From contig DJSQ01000212.1 of assembly GCA_002438075.1 (NCBI GenBank), positions 20,182 to 84,181 on the forward strand: a DNA stretch of 64,000 nucleotides, written 5' to 3'. Both the position numbers and the translations under genes were made by a program. Within the stretch, counting starts at the first letter, position 1; every line of letters begins with the position of its first letter. This document shows positions 51,865 to 60,705 of the stretch, piece by piece. The notes beneath the pieces were generated by a model. That model was not told where the DNA came from. It was given only the letters and a program-made list of their open reading frames with translations, and did no database searches. The stretch comes from Clostridiales bacterium UBA6330. Lineage in GTDB: Bacteria; Bacillota; Clostridia; Oscillospirales; CAG-272.

Positions 51865-54471
51865 ATGAAAAAGAAAAAACGCATAGTTTCCGCAGCCCTC
51901 TCCGTACTGACGGCAGGATGTGTTCTTCTGGGCGCAGTCAGCTGCAAGGGGAAGGGAAACGGGGCTGATACGACGGGACCCTCGGATGATTCCAAGACTC
52001 CGATTTACAACACTGAGACACGTCCGTTTTCCATGAGCATCCAGACTCCCGACGGTGTGTTCAATCCGTTCTTCTCGACATCTGCTTACGATTCTTCCAT
52101 CATCGCGCATACGCAGGTCGGAATGCTGAGCACCGATCCCAAAGGAAACATTGTATGCGGAGAGGATGAACCGACTGTTGCGCTGGATTACAGCATTAAG
52201 GAGACGACCGAGGGGGGCAAGACCTACACAACCTACGAATTCCTGATCAAAAACGGGATTCAGTTCTCCGACGGTGAACCGCTGACCATCAAGGACGTAT
52301 TGTTTAACCTCTATGTATATCTTGACCCCGCATATACCGGTTCGGCAACCATTTATTCGACCGATGTTGTCGGATTGAAGAATTACCGCCAGCAGAAGCT
52401 GGGCGATATCTCCGATGGGGATTCCGCATCCTTTGACCAATCCTTTGCGGATGAAGCCAATATCCGTATTCAGAATCTGATTGACTATGTGAAGATCAAG
52501 GGAAAGGGCGTAAAGCAGGAGGACAAGCCGACTCTGCCGAGCGATTTTGATGAGCAGGCGGCACTGGTTGACTACAAGACGGTTGCGGATACCTTCCGCA
52601 AGGAGCTGGAAACCGACTACAACGCGATTGACAAGGAATCCTACAAGGATTGGAAGTTTACCGAGGTCTGGCAGATCTTCCTGTACAATGACGGCGGACG
52701 GAGCGAATTGCTTCAGCGGGATGCCGCAGGTAAGATTGTCAAGGATAAGGACGGTAACCCGCAGTTGGATGCGGATGCCGCCAAGCAGATTTGGGATAAT
52801 GAAATTCAGGTTTACATTGATGAGCATCCCGAGCTGTCGCAGGAAAATGCAATTAAGGAGTACTGCATTGAATCGGTTCATTATTCCTATTTCCGCGACT
52901 CGGCGCTGAGTGAGACTCCCGCAAGCCAGTTTGAGCTGGTTCTGCGCGCTTGGGGAACCTCAAGCACGATTCTGGACCTGTTCACCGCAGAGGCGAAGAG
53001 CAACTACTTCTCGAGCAGTACAAGAGTTGTGCCGAACATCAGCGGTATCACGACCAGAACCGATGTGAAGGAGTTCAACGGTAAGACCTACGAGGACGGA
53101 CACGATGTGCTCTCCATCAAGATCAACGATGTGGACCCCAAGGCAATTTACAACTTCTCTTTCACGGTCTCTCCGATGCACTACTATTCCACTAAGGATT
53201 GGAAGGGCAAGAACTACATTGAAGCGTTCAACGGAACAACGGAATTCGGTCTGGAATTCGGTAGCCTCGCCTTCATGAATGAGGTGATCAACGCGCCCGA
53301 TAAGGTCGGACTTCCCGTTGGTGCAGGTCCCTACATGGCATCCAATGCCTCCGGCTCGGGCAAGGTAACGGGTGACAACTTCTTCAATAACAACTTTGTC
53401 TACTATGAAAGAAACCCCTATTTCCACACGCTCGGTTCCGGTATTTCCAATGCAAAGATTAAGTATATGCGTTACAAGGTTGTCGATTCCGATCAGATCA
53501 TCAACGCGCTGACAAACGGCGATATTGATTTCGGTGACCCGAGTGCAACGCAGGAGAATATTGCCGCAGTCAATGCGGCGGGACTCGGACACGTGGAGAT
53601 TAAGACCTCCGGCTACGGTTATGTCGGTATCAATCCGCGTTTTATCCCCAGCAAATCGGTCCGTCAGGCAATCATGATGGCGATGAACACCGCAATCATC
53701 AGCGAGAACTACTACAAGGGCGGCTTGTGCGAGCTGATCTACCGTCCGATGTCCACCACGTCATGGGCGTATCCGGCGGATGTGACCGAGCCGTTCTATA
53801 AGTACGACAGCACGGGTGAAGAGATTAAGCGTGTTCTGGAAGCGGACGGCTATGAGTTGGGCTCCGACGGAATTTACCAAAAGACCATCGAGGGCTTTGG
53901 CGTTGACCGTCTGGGCGGTCAGAACTATCGTATGACCATTGCAGGCGGCTCCACCGATCACCCTGCATATGCAATGTTCCTGCAGGCTGCCAAAATCCTG
54001 AACAGCATCGGCATGGAGGTCAAGGTTGTGACCTCGCAGACTGCGCTTGCCGATTTGTCTACCGGAAAGCTCTCCATTTGGGCGGCGGCATGGTCCTCGA
54101 CCATTGATCCCGATATGTATCAGGTCTATCACATGGACTCGCAGGCAAGCTCGACCCTCAACTGGGGCTACAAGCAGATTAAGGCAGGTAAAAATACCGC
54201 GGCGTACTCGGATGAATATACGTTGATTACTGCGTTGAGCGAGCTGATTGACGAGGGTCGTTCGACCACCGATCAGGAAACGCGGAAGGCGATTTATCGG
54301 GAAGCGTTGGATAAGATCATGGAGCTTGCGGTTGAAATGCCGACTTACCAGAGAAAGGATATGTCGGCTTACAACAAGAAGGTTCTCGACGAATCGACAA
54401 TGACACCTGAGACGGAGCGGTCGCCCTACAACGGGTTGATTTCCCGCATCTGGGAGCTGTCCTACAACTGA
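51865..54471 (+). CDS. ABC transporter substrate-binding lipoprotein, family 5 (peptide/nickel type), unusually large (868 aa)
   Basis: Lipobox signals LTAGC/AVSC and AGGAGA RBS. Family-5 blocks: GIQFSDGEPLTIKDV, VGAGPYM, YYERNPYF, GYGYVGINPRF. Confidence 0.85.
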   Translation: MKKKKRIVSAALSVLTAGCVLLGAVSCKGKGNGADTTGPSDDSKTPIYNTETRPFSMSIQTPDGVFNPFFSTSAYDSSIIAHTQVGMLSTDPKGNIVCGEDEPTVALDYSIKETTEGGKTYTTYEFLIKNGIQFSDGEPLTIKDVLFNLYVYLDPAYTGSATIYSTDVVGLKNYRQQKLGDISDGDSASFDQSFADEANIRIQNLIDYVKIKGKGVKQEDKPTLPSDFDEQAALVDYKTVADTFRKELETDYNAIDKESYKDWKFTEVWQIFLYNDGGRSELLQRDAAGKIVKDKDGNPQLDADAAKQIWDNEIQVYIDEHPELSQENAIKEYCIESVHYSYFRDSALSETPASQFELVLRAWGTSSTILDLFTAEAKSNYFSSSTRVVPNISGITTRTDVKEFNGKTYEDGHDVLSIKINDVDPKAIYNFSFTVSPMHYYSTKDWKGKNYIEAFNGTTEFGLEFGSLAFMNEVINAPDKVGLPVGAGPYMASNASGSGKVTGDNFFNNNFVYYERNPYFHTLGSGISNAKIKYMRYKVVDSDQIINALTNGDIDFGDPSATQENIAAVNAAGLGHVEIKTSGYGYVGINPRFIPSKSVRQAIMMAMNTAIISENYYKGGLCELIYRPMSTTSWAYPADVTEPFYKYDSTGEEIKRVLEADGYELGSDGIYQKTIEGFGVDRLGGQNYRMTIAGGSTDHPAYAMFLQAAKILNSIGMEVKVVTSQTALADLSTGKLSIWAAAWSSTIDPDMYQVYHMDSQASSTLNWGYKQIKAGKNTAAYSDEYTLITALSELIDEGRSTTDQETRKAIYREALDKIMELAVEMPTYQRKDMSAYNKKVLDESTMTPETERSPYNGLISRIWELSYN

Positions 54472-54633
54472 TCGTAATCCCACTTCGGGGAATTCGTGCC
54501 GCTTGCCGCACAGCCGTAACCGACTGTGCGGCAGCCGTGCGGTGTTGCCCCAGAAACCGCCTCTTGGCGGAAGGAAATACAGATGTCGGAATTTCTGCCG
54601 TCTGTATTCCGGAATAGGAGACAAAACAGACTT

Positions 54634-56187
54634 ATGGATATGGTGAAATATATCGTCAAGCGGTTGTTGCTGTCGATTCTGATCCTGTTCGGCGTGTCGA
54701 TTATTATTTATGCGCTTGCGCGTATGATGCCAACCGACTACGTTGACCAGCAGTATTCCTCTGCCGTGTCGCAGGGCACTATGCGACAGGAGGATGTCGA
54801 TCGAATCAAAGAGCTTTACGGCTTGTCGATGCCGGATGCGTTTCTTTCAATCAAGGCGGGTGAGGGCAGTCAGTTCAACGGAACGACCTTTACGAAAAAC
54901 GCAAAAAGCGAAAAACGGGATGTGGACCTTGAATTGCTTCTCAAAGAGGATGCACGTGTGTCCGAGCAGCTTTCCCGCACCGATTTGACGGATGCGGAAC
55001 GCGCGGAGTTTGAACGGCAAAAGGCGGAAAACGACACGGCGTTGGAGGAATTCTATCTCGAATGGTATATCGGTAAATACGACCGCGGCTCCAATCGGAT
55101 TGAGCTTTCCAAGCAGCTTGACGCGGAAACAGGTGTCTACCGTTACATCTACCGGATCGGTACCGTAACCGAGAAGGGTGCGAGAGTGGACGGCAGCGAG
55201 GACAGCGAGGATGGATCGGATTCTTCCTACATCGCATTGGACGAGGTCTTTACCGAGAAGGAAGCCGGCACATGGACGCTCGGGGAAACCGATGCAAACG
55301 GCATTCGTCGGATCGTTCTGACAGCCTCGGACGGCTCGGCAGTTGCCTCGACCATCGTCTATCGTGTCGCGGGCTTCTGGGATAAGGTCGGAGCCATTCT
55401 CAAGGGGTATTTCGGCTGGCTCTTCAATATGCTCAAGGGTGACTTCGGAATGTCCTTTAAGTACAAAAAGCCCGTGAAGGATGTGATTTTCCAGAACATG
55501 GGCATTTCCTTCGCAATTGCATTTGTTGCAACCGTGTTACAGTTTGCGATTGCAATTCCGCTCGGAATCAAGGCGGCAACACACCAGTACGGTGTGATTG
55601 ACTACGGCGTAACGATTACCTCCATGATCGGAATCAGCTTGCCGACCTTCTTTATGGCGGCATTGGTGATTCGCTTGTTTGCGGTTCAGCTCGGATGGTT
55701 TGAGGTGGGCGGTATTGCATCCTCCTCTTTGCCGATGGACGCAAGTTGGATTCAACGGTTCGGAGATACCCTGTGGCATATGGTATTGCCGATGTTTGTG
55801 TTAGTGGTGCTTTCGATCGGGTCGCTGATGCGCTATACCCGTACCAACACGCTGGAGGCACTGAATGCCGACTATGTACGGACTGCCCGCGCCAAGGGCT
55901 TGCCCGAGAGAAAGGTCATCAATAAGCACGCTTTCCGCAATACCATGATTCCGCTGGTTACGCTGATGGCGGGAATTCTGCCAAGTCTTTTCGGCGGCGC
56001 AATGATCACCGAGACCGTGTTCAGTATTCCGGGTATCGGTAAGCTCGCATATGATGCGCTGATCGTTGCGGACGTGCCGTTTATTATGGGGTATAATGTA
56101 TTTATCGCAGTTCTGACGGTCATCGGCACCTTGCTCAGTGACCTGATGTATGCAATCGTTGACCCGCGTGTCAAGCTCGGAAGATAA
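54634..56187 (+). CDS. ABC transporter permease (OppB/DppB type) with a large insertion in the first extracytoplasmic loop
   Basis: Start chosen at MDMVKYIVKRLLLSILILFG (family-typical N-terminus; 54583 and 54640 are alternatives). C-terminal EAA-loop region YVRTARAKGLPERKVINKHAFRN. About 260 aa separate TM1 from the GDFGMSF motif. Confidence 0.8.
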   Translation: MDMVKYIVKRLLLSILILFGVSIIIYALARMMPTDYVDQQYSSAVSQGTMRQEDVDRIKELYGLSMPDAFLSIKAGEGSQFNGTTFTKNAKSEKRDVDLELLLKEDARVSEQLSRTDLTDAERAEFERQKAENDTALEEFYLEWYIGKYDRGSNRIELSKQLDAETGVYRYIYRIGTVTEKGARVDGSEDSEDGSDSSYIALDEVFTEKEAGTWTLGETDANGIRRIVLTASDGSAVASTIVYRVAGFWDKVGAILKGYFGWLFNMLKGDFGMSFKYKKPVKDVIFQNMGISFAIAFVATVLQFAIAIPLGIKAATHQYGVIDYGVTITSMIGISLPTFFMAALVIRLFAVQLGWFEVGGIASSSLPMDASWIQRFGDTLWHMVLPMFVLVVLSIGSLMRYTRTNTLEALNADYVRTARAKGLPERKVINKHAFRNTMIPLVTLMAGILPSLFGGAMITETVFSIPGIGKLAYDALIVADVPFIMGYNVFIAVLTVIGTLLSDLMYAIVDPRVKLGR

Positions 56188-56199
56188 GGAGGTCCGCCG

Positions 56200-57336
56200 A
56201 TGAAAAACAATAATGAGATGCAGAATCCGAATGACGGACTTCCCGTGAACGAGAATTTTGATCTCTCCGAATCGAAGCTTCTGGAGGAGGAGAAGGACGC
56301 GAAGGCGGATGAGCTGGAAGCCGAATTTGAAGAGGAGGCACGCGAAGAGGAGGAGATATCCGGAAGGACCATCAGTCCCACGGGCATGGTTCTGAAGCGC
56401 TTTTTCCGCTCTAAGCTCTCCATGACGGGGCTGGTCATTCTTTTGGTGCTTTTTGCATTTTCCTTTCTCGGACCGGTTTTCAAATTCCTGCCGTTTGTGT
56501 GGGGAGAAAAGGAATCGGACGAAAGCCAGACGGTGACAGAGGAATACAGCACGGAGGTGACGGCTCCGACCTATGGAGAGAATTCCGTTTACATCGTGAC
56601 ATACTCCTATCCGACCAACTATCTCAAGCCTTCCGCAACGCACCTGCTGGGAACCGACGATAAAGGGTTTGACGTGTTCTCCAGACTGATGTACGGCGGA
56701 CGGGTGTCCCTGACAGTTGGCTTTGTCGTGGTGATTCTTGAGACTCTGTTCGGCGTTTTGCTGGGCGGTCTTGCCGGATATTTCGGCGGCTGGGTTGATC
56801 AGGTTGTCATGCGCGTCGTGGATATCTTCAACTGTGTGCCGACGTTGCCGATGATGATGATTGTGGGTGTTGCGTTGGAGGCAAAGAACATTTCCGGACC
56901 TGCAAAGCTGTATATCATGATGGCAATGCTGACGCTGTTCGGCTGGGCGGGAACCGCCCGTTTGGTCAGAGGACAGATTCTTTCTCTGCGTGAGCAGGAT
57001 TTCATGCTCAGTGCCGAGGCAAGCGGTCTGACGACCTCACGCAAAATATTCCGCCATTTGGTACCGAATGTACTTCCGCAGCTGATTGTTTCCATGACCC
57101 TCGGGCTTGGTGGTATCATTCTGACCGAAGCAACGCTCGGCTACCTCGGAATCGGTCTGCCGGCGGAGTATGCGACATGGGGCAATATGATCAACGCCGC
57201 GGCGAACAATACGGCTTTGCGCCTGTATCCGAATCTGTGGGTATCCCCGGGTATCTGCATTGTGCTTGCCGTGCTTGCCTTCAACTTTGTCGGAGACGGT
57301 TTGCGTGACGCAGTTGACCCGAAAGCGAGGAGATAA
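56200..57336 (+). CDS. ABC transporter permease (OppC/DppC type) with an acidic N-terminal extension
   Basis: 378 aa, AAGGAGG RBS. HLLGTDDKGFDVFSRLMYGGRVSL and the EAA-type loop SAEASGLTTSRKIFRHLVPN. The first ~60 aa are Glu/Asp-rich. Confidence 0.85.
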   Translation: MKNNNEMQNPNDGLPVNENFDLSESKLLEEEKDAKADELEAEFEEEAREEEEISGRTISPTGMVLKRFFRSKLSMTGLVILLVLFAFSFLGPVFKFLPFVWGEKESDESQTVTEEYSTEVTAPTYGENSVYIVTYSYPTNYLKPSATHLLGTDDKGFDVFSRLMYGGRVSLTVGFVVVILETLFGVLLGGLAGYFGGWVDQVVMRVVDIFNCVPTLPMMMIVGVALEAKNISGPAKLYIMMAMLTLFGWAGTARLVRGQILSLREQDFMLSAEASGLTTSRKIFRHLVPNVLPQLIVSMTLGLGGIILTEATLGYLGIGLPAEYATWGNMINAAANNTALRLYPNLWVSPGICIVLAVLAFNFVGDGLRDAVDPKARR

Positions 57337-57339
57337 GCC

Positions 57340-58650
57340 ATGAAGAAAAAGACAGAAAAAAAGGGGCTTTACATCGACGCGAAGGAATCCCGCCACATTG
57401 CACAGGAGAACCATCGCACGATTCGGGAGCTGAAGAAGAAACGCGCCGCCTATAAGCCGTCGGATTATATTACCGAAATGCACAATCCCGACAACATTGT
57501 CGAATTTGACAATCTGCATACCTATTTCTATACCGATAACGGTGTTGTCAAGGCAGTTAACGGTGTGTCCTTTGACATCCCGCAGGGCTCAACGGTCGGC
57601 GTGGTCGGCGAATCGGGGTGCGGGAAATCCGTGACCAGCCTTTCGCTGATGCAATTGGTTCAGGCTCCTATGGGACAGGTGGTGGATGGAAGCATTCGCT
57701 TCCGCTCCATGGCAAGAAAACAGGTCGGAAGCGAGCCTGTTATGGTTCCGCAAAAGGATGTGGATGGAAACCCTGTTTTGGATGCAGACGGAAAGCCCGT
57801 AATGATTCCGCTGAAGGGGCGCTTTGGCAAAACCCGTATGAAGCCGATTTATGAGGAGCATGAGGAGGTCGTGGATATTGCAAAGCTCCCGACTTCCGAA
57901 ATGGCATCCATCCGCGGCAGAGAGATCGCAATGATTTTCCAGGAGCCGATGACGAGTCTGAATCCGGTTTTCACTATCGGAAATCAACTGGATGAAATGA
58001 CGCTTCTCCATGTTCCCGGCGCAACCAAGGAAATGGCGAAGGACCGAAGCATCGAGATGCTGAAGATGGTTGGAATTGCGATGCCGGAGCGGGTTTATAC
58101 CTACTTTCCGCACCAGCTTTCGGGCGGTATGCGGCAACGCGTGATGATTGCAATGGCGCTCTGCTGCAACCCGCGTCTGATCATTGCGGATGAACCCACA
58201 ACAGCGCTTGATGTAACCATTCAGGCACAGATTCTTGATCTGTTGCGTGAAGTTAAAGGAAAGATCAGCGGCAGTATCCTGCTGATCACGCATGATTTGG
58301 GCGTGATTGCCGAAATGGCGGATTATGTTGTGGTCATGTATTCGGGGCGTGTGGTGGAGAAGGGGACTGTGCAGGAAATTTTCAAAAATCCGTTGCACCC
58401 GTATACGGTCGGTTTGCAGAAGAGCAAGCCGGCAGTCGGAAAAAAGGTCGACCGTCTCTACAGTATTCCCGGAAACGTACCGAATCCGGTGAATATGCGT
58501 GACCATTGCTATTTCCGCAACCGTTGCGATAAGCGCTGTGAAGCCTGCCTCGGTGAATATCCGCCGATGATTCAGGTGTCTCCAACCCATTTTGTGGCTT
58601 GCTACCGCGCAATGGAATATCGGCAGGAGGAGGAAAAGAAGGAGCGTTAA
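57340..58650 (+). CDS. ABC transporter ATP-binding protein (OppD type) with N-terminal extension and internal insertion
   Basis: 436 aa. Walker A GESGCGKS, signature LSGGMRQR, Walker [13 protein letters not shown], and the C-terminal oligopeptide-ABC domain with Cys motifs. Confidence 0.9.
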   Translation: MKKKTEKKGLYIDAKESRHIAQENHRTIRELKKKRAAYKPSDYITEMHNPDNIVEFDNLHTYFYTDNGVVKAVNGVSFDIPQGSTVGVVGESGCGKSVTSLSLMQLVQAPMGQVVDGSIRFRSMARKQVGSEPVMVPQKDVDGNPVLDADGKPVMIPLKGRFGKTRMKPIYEEHEEVVDIAKLPTSEMASIRGREIAMIFQEPMTSLNPVFTIGNQLDEMTLLHVPGATKEMAKDRSIEMLKMVGIAMPERVYTYFPHQLSGGMRQRVMIAMALCCNPRLIIADEPTTALDVTIQAQILDLLREVKGKISGSILLITHDLGVIAEMADYVVVMYSGRVVEKGTVQEIFKNPLHPYTVGLQKSKPAVGKKVDRLYSIPGNVPNPVNMRDHCYFRNRCDKRCEACLGEYPPMIQVSPTHFVACYRAMEYRQEEEKKER

Positions 58651-58678
58651 CGGCAAGTGCCCGTTCCTTTGAAACGCT

Positions 58679-59710
58679 ATGGAAGAAAAAGAGAAAAGCG
58701 GCATGACGGGGCAGTCGGAATATCTGCTGGAGGTCCGTGACCTGAAGAAATATTTTCCGATTAAAAAAGCGTTCCGCGAAGAAAATTCGGTTTACCTCAA
58801 AGCGGTGGACGGTGTTTCGTTCCGCCTCAGGCAGGGAAAGACCATCGGTATTGTCGGAGAATCGGGCTGCGGAAAGAGTACGCTCGGCAGAACGATTCTG
58901 CGGCTGTATGAGCCTGACGGCGGGGAAATCATTTTCGACGGCAAGCATATTGAAAAGCTGAAGGGCGAGGCTCTGCGGCGGATGCGCCCGCAGTTCCAGA
59001 TGATTTTTCAGGACCCGTATTCCTCGCTCTCTCCCCGTATGACGGTTGGTGAAATCGTCGGCGAGGCGGTGAAGCTGCATAAAATCGTTCCGCCGGATGA
59101 ATATGATGATTATATCCGCGATCTGATGCAGAAATGCGGGTTGCGTCCGCATCATATCGGACGGTATCCGCATGAGTTTTCGGGCGGACAGCGGCAGAGA
59201 ATCTGCATTGTGAAAGCGTTGGCGCTGAAGCCCAAGCTGGTAATCTGCGATGAGCCTGTTTCGGCATTGGACGTTTCGATTCAGGCGCAGGTTATCAATC
59301 TGCTGAAGGATTTGCAGGATGAAAACGGACAGGCATATATCTTCATTTCGCATGATTTGTCGGTTGTGGAGCACATTTCCGATGATGTCGGCGTGATGTA
59401 TCTCGGAAACATGGTGGAATACGGTCGGAAAGAGGATCTGTTCAGCGAACCGTTACATCCGTATACCCGCGCGTTGTTCTCGGCGGTTCCTGTTCCGGAT
59501 CCTGATGTGAAGCTCAACCGCGTCATTCTGCAAGGGGACATTCCGTCTCCCGCAAATCCGCCCAAGGGGTGCAAATTTCACACCCGTTGCCGCGAGTGTC
59601 GGGAGATATGCCGTGAGGTGGCGCCGGAATTCCGTGATCTGGGGGGCGGACATTGTGTTGCCTGCCATCTTTACGATGACGTACCGTCCGAAAAAGCAGA
59701 GGAAAGCTGA
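58679..59710 (+). CDS. ABC transporter ATP-binding protein (OppF type)
   Basis: 343 aa. Walker [10 protein letters not shown], signature FSGGQRQR, Walker B LVICDEPVSALD. The start is uncertain (58679 or 58703). Confidence 0.9.
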   Translation: MEEKEKSGMTGQSEYLLEVRDLKKYFPIKKAFREENSVYLKAVDGVSFRLRQGKTIGIVGESGCGKSTLGRTILRLYEPDGGEIIFDGKHIEKLKGEALRRMRPQFQMIFQDPYSSLSPRMTVGEIVGEAVKLHKIVPPDEYDDYIRDLMQKCGLRPHHIGRYPHEFSGGQRQRICIVKALALKPKLVICDEPVSALDVSIQAQVINLLKDLQDENGQAYIFISHDLSVVEHISDDVGVMYLGNMVEYGRKEDLFSEPLHPYTRALFSAVPVPDPDVKLNRVILQGDIPSPANPPKGCKFHTRCRECREICREVAPEFRDLGGGHCVACHLYDDVPSEKAEES

Positions 59711-59732
59711 TTCCTCGTGTTTAACAGTAAAG

Positions 59733-59770
59733 AAGCGCCGATTTCCTTTTGGGAAGTCGGCGCTTTTTTC
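59733..59770. terminator. Bidirectional intrinsic terminator between the Opp operon and the AraC gene
   Basis: 14-bp stem aagcgccgatttcc / ggaagtcggcgctt (one G-U pair), with an A-run on the left and ttttt on the right. Marks the right end of the lower-GC block. Confidence 0.65.
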
Positions 59771-60564
59771 TATTGGTTCTTCCCGAACGCGGCGGGGGAC
59801 TTGCCCTGAATGCTGACGAAGCGGCGATAGAAGGCGGAATAGTCGCGGAAGCCGATTCGCAATGCCACCTCCTCTGCGGGAATGCCGTTCCGCAGCCATT
59901 CTGCGGCGAGCGCCATGCGCTTGGTGTTGATGTAATGCAGAATCGACATCCCCGTATGCGCGCGGAACAGGCGGCAGAGCTGGTATTTGCCGATGAAGTG
60001 AAGCCCCGCGAGGCGGTCGAGCGAAAGGTCCTCGGTCAGGTGGCGGTTGATATAGTCGATAAGGGCGGAAACGGTTTCGTTTCCGCTCGCGCTTTCTCGG
60101 TCGGGACCTTGCAAAAACAGCGCGGTTACTGCCTGCGTGACAACGGTCTGCAACAGGGTCTCCCGCAGGTCTGCGGGGGCGCTTTTGCCGAGACGGTCCA
60201 AGAACGCAAAGGTCTGTCGCAACAGGGAGATGACCGATTCCGCCGAGGAATAGATGCCTCTGACCGCATCGTCCTGCGGGGTGAGAACGGAAAGCCCCTC
60301 TGCCGCATTGAGCACGAAGGAGCGGTCGAAATTGACCACATATCGCTCATAAGGCGTGTCCGATTCGGGGTGCACGTAGTGATATTCGCTCGGACGGGTG
60401 AAAAGAACGGTCCCGTCCCGCAGGGGATAGTGCGTTCCCTCCACAATGAAATCCCCGTGCCCGTGCAGGACGAAGAGCAATTCGTATTCCGTGTGGCAGT
60501 GCCGCTCAAAGCTCGCGGCATCGGGGTGCTCTGTGCGGGTGTGCGTATAGGAATGACCGTACAT
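59770..60564 (-). CDS. AraC-family transcriptional regulator (cupin sensor + HTH)
   Basis: Start at MYGHSYTHT (ATG 60564, GGAGG RBS). N-terminal cupin HCHTEYELLFVLHGHG. C-terminal double HTH ...YINTKRMALAAEWL...IGFRDYSAFYRRF. Confidence 0.85.
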   Translation of the reverse strand: MYGHSYTHTRTEHPDAASFERHCHTEYELLFVLHGHGDFIVEGTHYPLRDGTVLFTRPSEYHYVHPESDTPYERYVVNFDRSFVLNAAEGLSVLTPQDDAVRGIYSSAESVISLLRQTFAFLDRLGKSAPADLRETLLQTVVTQAVTALFLQGPDRESASGNETVSALIDYINRHLTEDLSLDRLAGLHFIGKYQLCRLFRAHTGMSILHYINTKRMALAAEWLRNGIPAEEVALRIGFRDYSAFYRRFVSIQGKSPAAFGKNQ

Positions 60565-60613
60565 GGAAGCCTCCTGTATTTTCGCTGTTATCAGTATACC
60601 ACAAAAGAGCAAG

Positions 60614-60635
60614 ATTTGCAATGTTTTTTGCAAAT
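60614..60635. promoter_or_regulatory. Perfect 8-bp inverted repeat in the divergent araC/isomerase control region (candidate operator)
   Basis: ATTTGCAA-tgtttt-TTGCAAAT. It lies just upstream of a TATAAT at 60666-60671 that lacks a well-spaced -35, as expected for an activator-dependent promoter. Confidence 0.25.
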
Positions 60636-60705
60636 TTGACAATGGAAAATTTCAGGGAAGCGCGGTATAATGAAGTTGATATCAACCCTTGGAGGTAAAA
60701 CTGAT

